From positions 5,606,360 through 5,670,359 of the forward strand of contig NW_003314261.1 of the NCBI RefSeq assembly GCF_000143415.4: a stretch of 64,000 nucleotides of DNA, in the 5' to 3' direction. This document shows, piece by piece, positions 22,176 through 34,700 of this stretch; position 1 is the stretch's first letter, and every line of letters begins with the position of its first letter. The position numbers and the translations under genes are program-made. The notes under the pieces are model-generated. The model did no database searches. It was not told the DNA's origin and saw only the letters and a program-made list of their open reading frames with translations. This stretch comes from Selaginella moellendorffii (lineage: Eukaryota > Plantae > Lycopodiophyta).

Positions 22176-24825
22176 ATGGCGCAGGAGATTGTGGAGGTCG
22201 TGACGGAGGCTGTGCCAGTTCAAGAGCAGGTCACGGTGAATGGCGAGCTCTGCCGCTCCAAGGAAGATCAAGAGCCGGTCAAGAACGACGTCTACACGGC
22301 GGCGGCTTACGGCGATCTGGACAAGCTGCGGCGCCTGGTAGAACAGGATGGATGCTCCGTCTCGGCGCCCGATCACGGCGGATATTTCGCTCTACAGTGG
22401 AGCGCTCTCAACAATCGCGTCGCGGCTGCTCAATATCTCATCGAGGTGAGTGGAGATTTCGCCTGCAATCGCTCGATCTGGCTTGTTTTCGCGCAGCACG
22501 GTGCGTCGGTGGATGCCACGGATGCGGCGGGGCAAACCGCGTTACACTGGGCTGCTGTCCGAGGATCCATTCACGTCTCGGAGCTTCTTCTCCAGAATGG
22601 AGCCAAGCTCGAGGGTGCTGACAATTACGGCTACAGGGTATTTCTTTCACTCTTTGTTTCTTCCATTTTTCTCTCTCGGAGATTGCTCTATCGAGTTAGC
22701 TGCTGTGGCGTGATCTTTCTTACGCTTGATGTGTACGATGAATGCAGCCAAGCCATGTCTCTGCTCAATACGGACAGACTGCTCTCTTGTACCATTTGAT
22801 TTCAAAGTGGGGTGCTGAGGTTGATGCCACCGACAAGGATGGAAGAAGTCCCTTGCATTGGTAAGTTGCGATACTTCTTTCTCTTTTTTTCAGCTGAGTT
22901 TTGTTCTTGGTTTTCCAGGGCCTCGTACAAAGGCTTTCCAGATAGCATACGTCTCCTACTTTTTATGGATGCTTTCGTTCGGCGCCAGGACAAAGAAGGT
23001 GGATGTTATAAGCAGCCGCCTGTTTTTCTTTAGTAACAGTTTGGCTACTTTCGAGTAGGATGCACCCCGCTACACTGGGCGGCCATTCGAGGCAACTTGG
23101 AGGCTTGCACTGTTCTTGTCCAAGCTGGAACCAAAGAAGATTTGACAATCACGGAAGGAAGTGGCTGTACTCCTGCTCAACTTGCTGCTGACAAGGGACA
23201 CAGGCACGTTGCTTTGTTTTTGGTGAGCTAGCTCTTTGTTCTTCCTTTTCCGATTCTTTGCTTCTTTCTAACCTGGTTTTTGCTCACAGTCAAATGCGAG
23301 GAGGATATTCAATCACCATTGGGATTCCAAGGGCGTAATGGGACGAGTTTCAAGGCTGGGACTTGCGCCATTTCTCTGGCTGCTGGTCACCGTCTTGCTC
23401 ATCACCTACATCAACTCTGTAATAACCTGTAAGTCTGCCTCTTACCGTCTTCCAGTTTTGATCTTGTATTAACTCCGGCTTCTGCAGCTTCGACGTTGTT
23501 GACTGTACAAGGTATCGCGGGTGCTTGGGCGTGGTTTGCGGTTTTCGTTGTTACTGGAGGTCTTGTGTTTCTCTATCGCTGTACCAGGTATTACTTTCTC
23601 TGATCCTAGATAATTCTACCGTTTCGATTTTGTATTGCAGCAAAGACCCTGGATATGTTAGCAAAAAGCGTGGCGATGATCCATTTGGAAAGCACATGAC
23701 TGTAAGTATTTGGATTATCTCGCGACATTTTCAGCTCTTCTTTTGACGTATACTCTGTTGTCCAGGATTCTCTACTGAAAAGCGATTTGAATACATCCGC
23801 GCTTTGGGCTGGCTTTTGGTCGCAGCTTTGTCCAACTTGTAAGGTAGACTAATTTTTGCTTTCATCTTTTAGTCGTTGTGAGCAAATTTTTATTGCAGAT
23901 AGTGAGGCCTGTAAGATCCAAGCACTGTTCGATTTGCAACCGCTGTGTAGAGCAGTTCGATCACCATTGTCCTTGGATATCAAACTGTGTTGGGAAGGTA
24001 AGCTTACAGCACTTCTACCAGAAGTATCAACTCTTGTTCCTACACGGCAGAGAAACAAATGGGATTTCTTCCTCTTTTTGTGTTGTGAAACCACCGGTAT
24101 GATTGTTGCTGGTGCGGTGACCGTGCACAGTAAGTTGATTTTGTTCCCGGTTACTTGCGCCTCCTCTAACACAGCACTCGGCAGGACTAAAAACAGATCC
24201 AAATGCTCCGTCCACTCCAGGAGACTGGTTACGGCACGTAGCATCCCACCACGTAGGTGCTCTATCTTTCGTTCTTGCAGATTTCTTTCTTTTTTTCGGA
24301 GTGGCGATCTTTACGGGAATACAAGCCGCTCAGGTATAAAAGCTATCTCAGCTCTTCGTCACGCCAACCTGTACTTGATCTTCTGTTTCACAGATTGCGA
24401 GGAACATCACGACCAACGAGATGGCAAATGCGGCCCGATATGTATACCTTAGAGGACCCGACGGCCTGTTCTTCAATCCTTACGACCACGGGTTTTGGAA
24501 GAACTGCAGCAATTTCCTGCTCTTGGGCTACAACGAAGACATCGAGCAGGCTTGGCAGCAAAACGAGTCGGATCCAGCAGCAGCCGCCGCGGTGGCGGCA
24601 ACAATCGAGATGGCTGAACAAACACCAGGAATTCTAAGCTCGGGAGGAGGTCATGCCACTCGCTGCTCGCACAACCATCATCACCACCATCACCATCAAA
24701 ACCAGCAAAACCAGCAGCAGCAATTGAAAAATGAGCAGCAGCAGGATTACAGGAATGGACAAGGGAACTCGAGCAGCGCTCCTGCCGGCCTGGGCATTGG
24801 ACTGCCGAGCAGATTGCGAGCTTAA
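22176..24825 (+). CDS. Ankyrin-repeat DHHC protein S-acyltransferase (TIP1/PAT24/Akr1-like)
   Basis: Ankyrin repeats ([30 protein letters not shown]); [31 protein letters not shown]; NITTNEMAN; NPYDHG. Confidence 0.95.
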
Positions 24826-25702
24826 AGAAAACAATTAATTTATTTTTCTTATAGAATTTTTACCTGTTATTTTGTGCTACGTAATATGAGATTGATTGAT
24901 TCAAATATTTGGTGGATGAAAATGTTTGTAAATGTATTGAATAGTTTATAAAATAAAGAGAAAACGTTAGTAGACTTTAAAGTTCAGTTTAATTTTGATT
25001 GCTTCTAAAGATATTAAAAATATTAATAATATGTATAAAAAAGTTTGATATACCACCAATACTATTATAAATTATATTATAATGGTAAAATAAAATATTT
25101 ATTGCATAAGTGAAAATATAATTCAAATTGAACTTTGTTGATTTTAACAAAATAAAGAGAATTTACTTTATTATATTTTATTCTTTATTTAAATATTTTT
25201 TTAAAATTAATAATTCACAAATATATAAAATATTAAGTCATATGGACATGAAGTTTTTAATAGCTGTTATTTATTTTAGTGATTTTAATAATTAATTATG
25301 AAATTATTAATTATTTTGAAAATTATTGAAACTTGATTGAGTTTGTAAATGTCAAATAATTGCTTTAATTAGCTTTAGGCAAGGACCAACTAAAGAATTA
25401 TATAGGTGCAACAAGAAAGATAAAAAATATTTCTTTCAAAAAAATATTCATTCATAATTAAAAATATTCATTAATTTATTTTAATGGTTTTTTTATTAAC
25501 TTCAAAACTACTTTTTAATAATATATATTTTAAAAGTTAAAAACCATATAAAAACTTAAACACTCCACTTAATCTATTGCATCATATCCGAATACATGTT
25601 ATGTTATGAAAGGTATCCCCATCTCATGCAAAGAAAAACTCAAAGAGTATCTTTTAACAAAAAATTTAACATATATTATTTTGAAATAAATCTTAAACTA
25701 TA

Positions 25703-25705
<3 letters not shown>

Positions 25706-25745
<40 letters not shown>
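25706..25745. repeat. (AT)n microsatellite inside an AT-rich intergenic island
   Basis: About 20 perfect AT units. Confidence 0.95.
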
Positions 25746-25747
<2 letters not shown>

Positions 25748-27148
25748 AACTTAATTCCTACTTTTTTAACCATTTTTCATAATAAATATTTTTTAAAAAC
25801 TTATTTTATGTCATTTACACAAACCAATAATAATTTCATTTGCATTCAGAGCAAATTAAACATTTAAATATTTTAATACTAAATTATATAAATTAAAAGC
25901 CTGTAAAATTTTGGATACTTCTAAAATCTAAATCTATATCATAATTTGTATTTATTCATTTCCTCAATAATTGTGTTTCACATAATACTAGATAAAACTT
26001 ATATGCTCTTTTTTATTAGAGCAGAAGGTATTATTATTTTCTTTATAATATATTAAATTATTAATTTTTTATTAAAATATTTTAAGTTTTAAACTGTAAA
26101 TATAGGGATGAAGCTTTGTAAAATTATTAAGTGAAAGGTGTTATGAAATAATCAAAATAATTTGTTATGTTTTACATGTAGCAAAGCTTGGTTTGCTTAA
26201 TAGTAATGTTATTCTTACTTATTAATCCAATTGATCAAATAAAATTTTATAATTATAAACATGTTTATATTTCATAAACACAAGATTAAGTTTATTGCAT
26301 ATCAACCATTAGATGGTAGAATAAAAAAGAATATACAAACAAGTGTTATAAATTAAAAATACAAGATGAGTCTAAATGAAGAACAACCGTTAAATAGTAG
26401 AATATCCTAGAATATCAAAGTATATTCTAGGTATGTTCACTACAGTCCCTGCTTAAGTAAACCAATTATTGTTTTCACTTAATAACAACTGTCTTTCATA
26501 AAGATGCTAAAAATTTGAATATAAGGGACAATTCATTAGGCTAGTTTGAAAAAAAAAGTAAACATATATACTTGATTTAAAAATCTCTACCAAGATATAT
26601 TCTCTTACAAAGCTGTATGTAAAATTAAATATACATAAAACTACTCTCTAATTATTTTGCTAATTAGAGCCCAATGGCATTATGTTGATAAAAAAATCTT
26701 AATAATCTACCATTCTCATCTACACAAGCTCCGTATCCAGTTGCACAGCCATTTTTGGTGAAAATGACAACTAAAGTTACTTTTGTGATCTTAAAGTCAA
26801 TGAAGATAGCCTTTGCATAAGATTTTATAACACACAATTATCACTTAGAAATTGAGGCTTCCAAGGAGCATAAGATCCTAGAGAGTGTTTTGGCATTTTC
26901 CTGTTATCATCACCTCTCTTCAACTACGCATAATGTTCGTGATCTTCGAGAGTTGAAGTGATTTTGTCATGCTTGACAATAGCAATGACAATACGGTTTG
27001 ATTGATTGTTGTAGGACATTCCTCCGTACATTTGATTTAGACCCGTGGATTCGGAGAATCTTAACTCACGGCCCCACTGACGCGTGTCAGTCACAAAACC
27101 CTGTTTTATTTTTTTCAGTGTGAGCGAGAGGAGGTAGGGAAGAAGAGA

Positions 27149-28407
27149 ATGCTGCTGCGCTTCCGCCTTCGCTCCTCGGCGCTTGGACGATCTCTCCGGC
27201 CCGGGTAAGTAATCTCTTCCAGCGAGCGCTCGATCGATCGATTGATCGGCAGCATGCAAGAGGAAAGAAAATGCCGGTCGATCGATCGAAATATGTGGAA
27301 ATGTAGCAAAGCTTACGCTTTCTTCTTGGCAGGGGTAGCATCGCTGGGTGCGTCTCGCCAGTCGAAGAGCCTCCGCTTCTTCGCTGGATCGCTGGCGGTG
27401 GGATCAGGCTCAAAGGCACTGCGGCCGGGGCGAAGAATGCGGGTAAGAAACCCATCGCTGCCGCTAGCGCGAAGGAGAAGCTCACGGCGACGAAAGTCCA
27501 GGCCCTGGAGTGGGATGGAGAGAGCGTTCTTTGCGACTGTGGAAAGCCCGCGGTTCTCAAGATGAGCAAAGTGAAGAATCCCGGCCTCCGCTACCTTTGC
27601 TGCGCCGAGTCCGTCCCTTGGTTCCTCTTCATCAAGCTGGACGCCGCCCAGAAGAGCAAGCAGCGATGCAAGTTCTTCAGGTGTGATCTAGTTTCTCTCT
27701 CGTTTTCACGTTGGGTTTCCTCCTCGATGATCAGTCGAACGTTTTCGTTTTGTTTTCACAGTTGGATCGACCAGCCTGCCGAGGAAGAGAAGAAAGCTCC
27801 TAGCGGCAAGAAGAGCAAAGCAGCAACATCGGGCGCTAGTTCTGGTGGTAAAGCACAGGCGAAGGAGAAACCGGAAGGAGCTAGCAATGCCGGCAAGGCC
27901 AAGACATCAAGGGCCGTGAAGAAGCCAGGTCCGGACGAGCCCGTGGCCGCTGCCAAGAAAGCAACCGTGAAGAAGGCATTGCCTGTCAAGGATCAAGTTT
28001 CATCGAAGACAGTGGCGACGAAGCCACCCGCTGGAGCAAACAAGAAGAAGGCAGCAGCAACCAAACAGGAGGACAAAGCTGCTGTGGCGAATGCTCCGGC
28101 TGCCGAGAAGACTGTGAAGGAAGCCGCAAAGAGGAAGACGAAGACGGTGGCACCATCGCCGCCAGAGAAGAACGAGGCTGCCGGGGGGGCGGAGAACGTT
28201 GGAGCAGCGGTGAAGAAGACGAGATCAAAGAAGAACGCGGGGGTGAGCGATGCAATCCAAGGAGCACAGAAGAATGACAGTGCCACGGATGGAGCAGCGA
28301 CGAAGAACACCAGATCAAAGAAGAACGCAGGACTGAGCGATGCAATTCAAGGAGAAAAGAAGAGTGGCAGCGCTCCGGATGGAAGTGGAGCGATCCCCAA
28401 GGTTTAG
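27149..28407 (+). CDS. GRF zinc-finger protein with Lys/Ala-rich histone-H1-like tail and putative organellar presequence
   Basis: Exon 1 27149-27204 splices in frame to 27333; CDCGKPAVLKMSKVKNPGLRYLCC..CKFF|SWID; K/A/P-rich tail. Confidence 0.7.
28201..28380 (+). repeat. 90-bp coding tandem duplication (2 copies)
   Basis: GAAVKKTRSKKNAGVSDAIQG.. versus GAATKNTRSKKNAGLSDAIQG.. Confidence 0.9.
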
Positions 28408-28456
28408 GAACCACCAGTGACGCTGATCTGATAGTCATGTAGAAAAATGCGAGCGA

Positions 28457-31399
28457 TTATTTTGATGATCTCAAGACCTTTGTTTTTGTCACCTTTCTTC
28501 CTTCTTTGCCAAATATAATATTTTGACCCACCTTTTTAACTTCATCGGGTCTTAACCTCTTGTGGAGCACCGAGAGGGAGCAGTGGAAGAGCTTTTCCAG
28601 CTCCTCCAGCGTCTCCTCCGCCGATTCCAAAAGATCGACTTCTCCGCGTTCCAGAGCGATGCCAAACTCGGTCTCCGAGCTCAGCTGGAAAATCCTTGCT
28701 TTGCAGTGAGCGACCTCCAAAGATTTGGAGATGGAAGGTGACAGTTCTAGCACCACCTGTGGGAAGAGAAAAGCTTTGATCAAGAGAAACAAATCTAGAC
28801 GGGGTTGCTTACGCTCAGAGCCTTTGTAACAATGCGAGCTCCAGCATCCGAATCAGAAGCATCGTCACGTTTGGATGGTTCGAGTGGCCACAACGCTGCA
28901 GCAAACGCAACACCACTCCCTGCAGATCATACACGCTCAACAAGAGAAAGAGGCAGGGAAATGATACTAACCAGCTATAAGTCCTTTCGCTATAGAAGAA
29001 TTTATGGCTGTTGCTGCTTTTTGCATACGTCCCACCCTCTCATGGAAGTGATCGCGAGTAGCACCGCTAACCTGCGAACTAACAATCAGCACTGCTCGAG
29101 AAAACTCATCTTACCCGCAACTCCAAAACACTGCTCAGGGGCTGATTCTCCGAGACATTACCCGACCGGTAAACAATCACCTCATTCCTGCACATTACAA
29201 GCTGCAAGAAGGCTCAAGCATGTAGAAACTTATAAAAACTGCGAGCTTGATATATTACCTTGTTAGCTCTCCCGCGACAGCTGATAAAATCCGCTTTTTG
29301 ATTATCCACAAGCTTCCAGCAACAACAAATGCAAGTGAGGAAAGGAAAATGAGCAAACGAGACGTCGTTTTACCTCAACACCCAAATAAGTCCGTAAAGC
29401 ATTCAAGCTCTCGTTGCGCACTTTCAGAATCGCAATGTTAGACTGCAACAATCACGATGCTCATCTCAAGATTTATTCGCAAAAGCCACACTTACCTTTA
29501 CATTCTTGAGCATGTGCCCTTTATCCACATTCTTTGCAAAAACTACAAGCCGTGCGTACGCCTGAAAAAACATAGCATAAAGCCTGTTCAAAACGGAACA
29601 ATAGAGCCTTACACCCTGAAAGAGTTTGTGCCAAAAACGGTCTAAGGTAGACGTGTCATTGCACAGCAGAACCGTGTAGTCTTGTGTGACTACCATCTCT
29701 TGATTAAAACTCTTGAGTACTCGCTCAACAGAGATCACCAACGCGTCGAAGCATTCTACAGCATCGTCCTCCGCTATATCATTCTATGCAAAAGAATCCA
29801 AACAGGATAACTGATAGAAAGGAGGACAAGAAAAAAAAACAAATTCTTACATCAACTATGATGTGACGAATTGAGGTTCCAATCTTGACTCTGGCCTGAT
29901 CATCCAGAAGCTCTAGAAATTCCTCTCCCCCGTACAAACGGCCAAGCTGATGATCAAGTAAATCAAACCTGGAGAGAGTAAGCGAACTGTATAAGCTGTA
30001 TTACCGTCAGGAAATGAGATGCAGTGGATGGTACTCTCGCCATTTCCCTCAAACATCCTCGCACTGTCTCGATCGAATCTATGAATCCGTGCCTGAAGCC
30101 GTCTGCTGGAACCCGTGTCATAGCCTCCATGTCAGCGACTGCAGCAGCTATAACATTCTCGGAGTAGGAACCTGCACAATCGTGTATAGCAAAAATACCA
30201 ACATAAGGCACAAGCTTACATGCTAAACTCCGTGCCTGAGAATTTGTGAATGCACTATGCCCAGAACAAAGTTAGCAAGAGACACAGCCGCAAAATAATG
30301 CTGACCTCTCGAACTGAAGACATCTATTGATTTCCTCGTCGTGCTGGCGTTTGAATACCATTCGTAACTTCTGTGCTGTCCATCCATCTTTGCACACTCT
30401 GTCGCCGCAGGCGAGCCGGAGCAGTCCCTCGCAGAGAACCAATGATCCGTCCAGAAGCTTTCCGTCCAAGCCGCTACCATTCCAGAGAAAAACTTCACGC
30501 GCATTCCAGATGTTCGACACCACGTACTTCCCGGCTTTCACTCCGCTAATGTTTCCCTTGTCCGTCAGTAACTTGTTCACGTTCTCTAAGCGATCCTGCA
30601 GATTCTCCTCAGTCCAAGGCCGAGTTTTCGCGAAATAGCCAACGCGATCCGGATCCTTCTTCCTGATCCACTCGGCCCGAAGCTTCTGTTGCTTAGCGAA
30701 GGACGCGAAACCGTCGATGCAGCCGGACGGGTTGACAGAGATGACTCCGTAAGGGTCGAGGACGGACAGCCGCCACCTTGTTGCATCGATGGCAATAAGA
30801 TAGACGGGCCTCGGGGAGAAACCATTTTGCAGATTCTCCAGGCAAAGCTGGTTGCCGTAGGAAGCCAGCTCCATGCGCGTCTTCACGTTCCAATCCTTGA
30901 CACTGTCCGTCTTACAGTCGATGACCGCGTCGTAACGAACATTCTCGGGTGGTATGGTGTCAAAAACCTCGTTGGCGAGTGCCTCCTTGTCCGGGTTGTC
31001 CCAGAAGATCTCATCGTGCTCGCCCTTGAATTCTTCCAGCGCCTTCTTCGAGATTGTCCGCAGCACGAAGTCAGCAGCTAGGCCTGAGTATCCTGGCTCC
31101 AGTCGAAAAAGAAAAGCGCCATCTTGGATCCTGCTTTTAACATGCACCAGGCTTGGAAAGATTTGCTGGAACATAGCTCGGTAGTTGGATTCTTGGAAGG
31201 ATGGGAATGCGGAATGGAGGCAGCGGAGTGGGCCGAAAACCGCGAAAGCCCTGACACAGCGGGGATCCATGACGGAGGAGAACTTGTCCATGGGGTTGCC
31301 GCTCTGCCAGGACCTCTGCGTCATGAACGGGAAGACCTTCAAACTCGAAGGATTTGGTATGCTGCCACCTCTTCCCCCTGTGTCGCCCTCACTATCCAT
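28457..31399 (-). CDS. Chimeric protein: PD-(D/E)XK nuclease-like N-terminal domain plus degenerate GroEL/Cpn60-like domain
   Basis: Exons 31399-30306, 30254-30220, 30171-30005 and 29946-29851, plus further short exons to the stop at 28457, join in frame through GT-AG introns. Nuclease motifs E70, AD110, D161-C-K163, ELASY. Cpn60-like segments VNKLL..GVKAGKYVV and LRVSGAT..KGLIAGSGVAF. Confidence 0.7.
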
Positions 31400-31794
31400 T
31401 CCTAATATACCCTAATGAAACGGGCAAATAAAGGTTGGAGAGTCAAGGTTGTATTGAATGATAAAGGTTGAGGTTTATAAGCCCTTCCTAAAAATTTTTA
31501 TTGCAGTGCAAACTTTGGATTGACGCTCTTCTTTTTCAGGCAAATCTAACTGGTCATGGGAGGAAATCAAATGCCGTTCGCAAGTGAGTGAGAGAGGCCT
31601 GCTTTGCAGAGATAACGGTTGCGTATCGGAAAAGACTAAGTAATGGAAAACATATAGTAATAGATACCATGTATATATCTATATGAAAACAAGGTGGGAA
31701 AACAGGATCGCAACACTACCAACGCCTTGTCTCTCTCAAAATTCTCGGTGAAGTTCTTAGCAGACTTGGCTTTTAAAAAGTTAGGAAATATATC

Positions 31795-34700
31795 TCAGTT
31801 GATTTTGGGCTTTAATCTTCTCGGCCACAATGCATACCGCAGCATGACAGCCACCATCGCAAGCCCAAAACAGGCAAACAGCTCCGTTGGAACATGAAGG
31901 TGTCCGTGTTGGGTACAATGTAAGGGGTGCAGCGCGGTGATTATCGCATCTGTTTGCTGTGTTAATCTGAGAATACCACCATTGTAACTTAGTCTATAGA
32001 AGATGGTTTCAATGAATTTCTACCTCTCAGACGCATGTCTCAGTGATGAGAGTGACCGAACAGCGTCGTCGAATCTTGCTTTCCCAACGTTGATAGAAAT
32101 CTGGAATGATTTGGGAGCGGGCGTCAGCTGGCTAGTTCTATAACTGTAAAAGATTCAAGTGACTCACTTGTCTCCATATGCCCACAACTGAATTGTATTC
32201 TTGCAGTAACTGACGCTCCATCGACTTAAATGGTCTGAACACTCTCTCGTCTGCAAAAGTAGAACCTCTTAAGCACCTGTGGAAGCAACTAAACAGAAGA
32301 CTTGTCTTACGGGTTGGCTCTTTGGACAGTCGTTCAAACACCGCGTTCATCTCTTGCACCGATTCGTCCAGAGCGGAGACGATGTAACTTCTGGCTATTG
32401 CGTCCGTGTGGAGAGACGATATCGTGTAGCCGCTTGAGGTGCCAGAAAATGGATGGTTTCCAGCGGACCACGTCCAGTCCTAGCCGGAGCAAGATCAGTT
32501 TTAAGGTATCACGAAACCAGGGAGGTTCTCACCTCGTCGGCATTATCGTGTGCATGGCTATAAGTCAGGTGTGTTGGCATCAAGCCGGACAAGTGCTCCG
32601 CGACGGCAGCAACGGCGGCTTTGATAGGTGAGCTGGAGCGATGATATAAAACATATCTATAGCTAGATGTAAGCACGAACTTACCTTGCATCCCAATCGA
32701 TTGATTTGCCATTGCATTGTAGGTGGCTTGGCCACGATGATTGAGCAGACTGCATAACAATAACCATATCCGGAAGTGCCTTTGCCAAATAGTGCTTGTC
32801 AATAAACACAGACTCATCCGATCTGATGAACCAGAACACTGGCACTTCCAGCGTCGACTTCGGAACTGAAAACAACAAACCGAGCGAATCGAGTGAAAAG
32901 AACGTAAGAACTGTGCTACCTGATCTCGGACTTCTGGCGGTTAACTGTTGGAGCTGGTGTTGGAGAATGATCGAGTCTAGATAGTTACGAGTTGATTGGC
33001 TGTGTGCGCCATTCATTTGCAAGACAGGTATAACCGCGGCACGGCGCGCAACTGAGAATGCCATTGCCAGGGCCGGATCCTCAGAAAGTCCTATCCTGAA
33101 ACGTTCAGAGTTTCAGTAGAACGTCAAACAAGTAAAACACTTCTTACAAGTGAACATTGTATTGGAATGTCTGGGACGGAAGTCTGAGTGTTGAAATCGC
33201 ATCCTTTACTTGGGAAATGTCTAAAGGCAGCAAACCGATATGTCTAGTTCTCTGAAAAAGAAAAAAAAAACAAGTAGCCCGAGCAATGAAATAGAGCCAA
33301 GTGAGAACCCATACCTCTTCAGTGATTACGTATATTTGAATAGAAACTTTATCATAGTAATGGAATGCTCCTTCTGCTGTAGAAGGGGTGATTACATGTT
33401 TCATACCCGCTGTTAGCGTTGCGCCGAGATGAGCAAGAAAAGAATCCCTGGCAACAGAGAAGTTTTGTACGTGCTGCAAAAGCGTGATGTAAGAAGAATT
33501 GCGGATTCAATATGCAATACCTCGTGGATGTCTCCAAATAGATTCCATTTTTCTACACGTTGCAACACTGCTAGGGCCTTTTTTTGATGCTCTTCGTCAT
33601 GACTTTGAGATCGCAACGAATCTAACTCGTCTTTAAGATCGTCCATCCTCTCTTGCAATTCTAAACAACACATCATAGATTAGAAACTAGTAACCAAAAC
33701 TATAAATAAGTTTATTCACCTTGGCATAAAGCGATTTTTATCTTCCGGCCCCGGCAATGCTTTTCTGCGAACATGTCATAAACATCAACTTCCGNNNNNN
33801 NNNNNNNNNNNNNNNNNNNNNNNNNNNNNNNNNNNNNNNNNNNNNNNNNNNNNNNNNNNNNNNNNNNNNNNNNNNNNNNNNNNNNNNNNNNNNNNNNNNN
33901 NNNNNNNNNNNNNNNNNNNNNNNNNNNNNNNNNNNNNNNNNNNNNNNNNNNNNNNNNNNNNNCGTTAGAAGTTCTCTAAGAATCATATCTGATCATTACC
34001 TTCACCGTTGACCGCTAAACTACCGAAGAGCTTCTCTACGGACGGCAAGCTCCCAACCGTACGCACGCCTACGCCACCAACTGTTGGTCCCCAATGGAAT
34101 GGACCGGCCGTCAAGTCTATGAATGCCCATCTAAAACAAAAGGGAAAGATATTTCAGCACGTTAAGTCGACAGGTAGCACTCTTACCGCCCTTGACCAGT
34201 CCACGTATCAACGAGGCATTCTTCTACCGTCTTGAATGCGTCTGGGTTTTTCAATGTTCTTTTCAAAGAAAAGGCTAAGTCATGGTTTGATTCCGAGAGA
34301 ACCTGCCGAGTTCTGTTAATAACAGTGTGGTAAGAAAACAGGGACGTAAGCAGCTTACCTGCTGAGTTTTCATAAACAACAACTCTTCTGAGGTTTTTGA
34401 TTTCATTGACGCCTCGATTGACTTGAGTGCATCTGTATACTTCTGAGTCCATTGTTTCTGCCAATGGACGAGGATGTTAGCATTTAAATTAAGAATACAA
34501 CGTTACCATGTCCATGTGTTGAGAGGATGTCCAAGAGAACTTCTGCCTTGGATGTTTTTCATGTGAAGGTTTTCTTAACTTCTCGATGTCTGTCAGCACA
34601 GGTTTCAGGATTTCGTCTGAAGTACAAGACAGAAACTAACCTAGTGGATTCCGCTGCTTTGTTGTCTTCAACGACTTCAAGTTGGAATTCTGAAAACAAG

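Noticed and set aside
30220-30323. Independent downstream gene starting at ATG 30323 (MSSVRE)
   Set aside because: Possible in frame via a more distal acceptor. However, chaperonin similarity begins about 100 codons upstream in the long exon, and the branch point favours the AG at 30255. Kept only as the alternative model.
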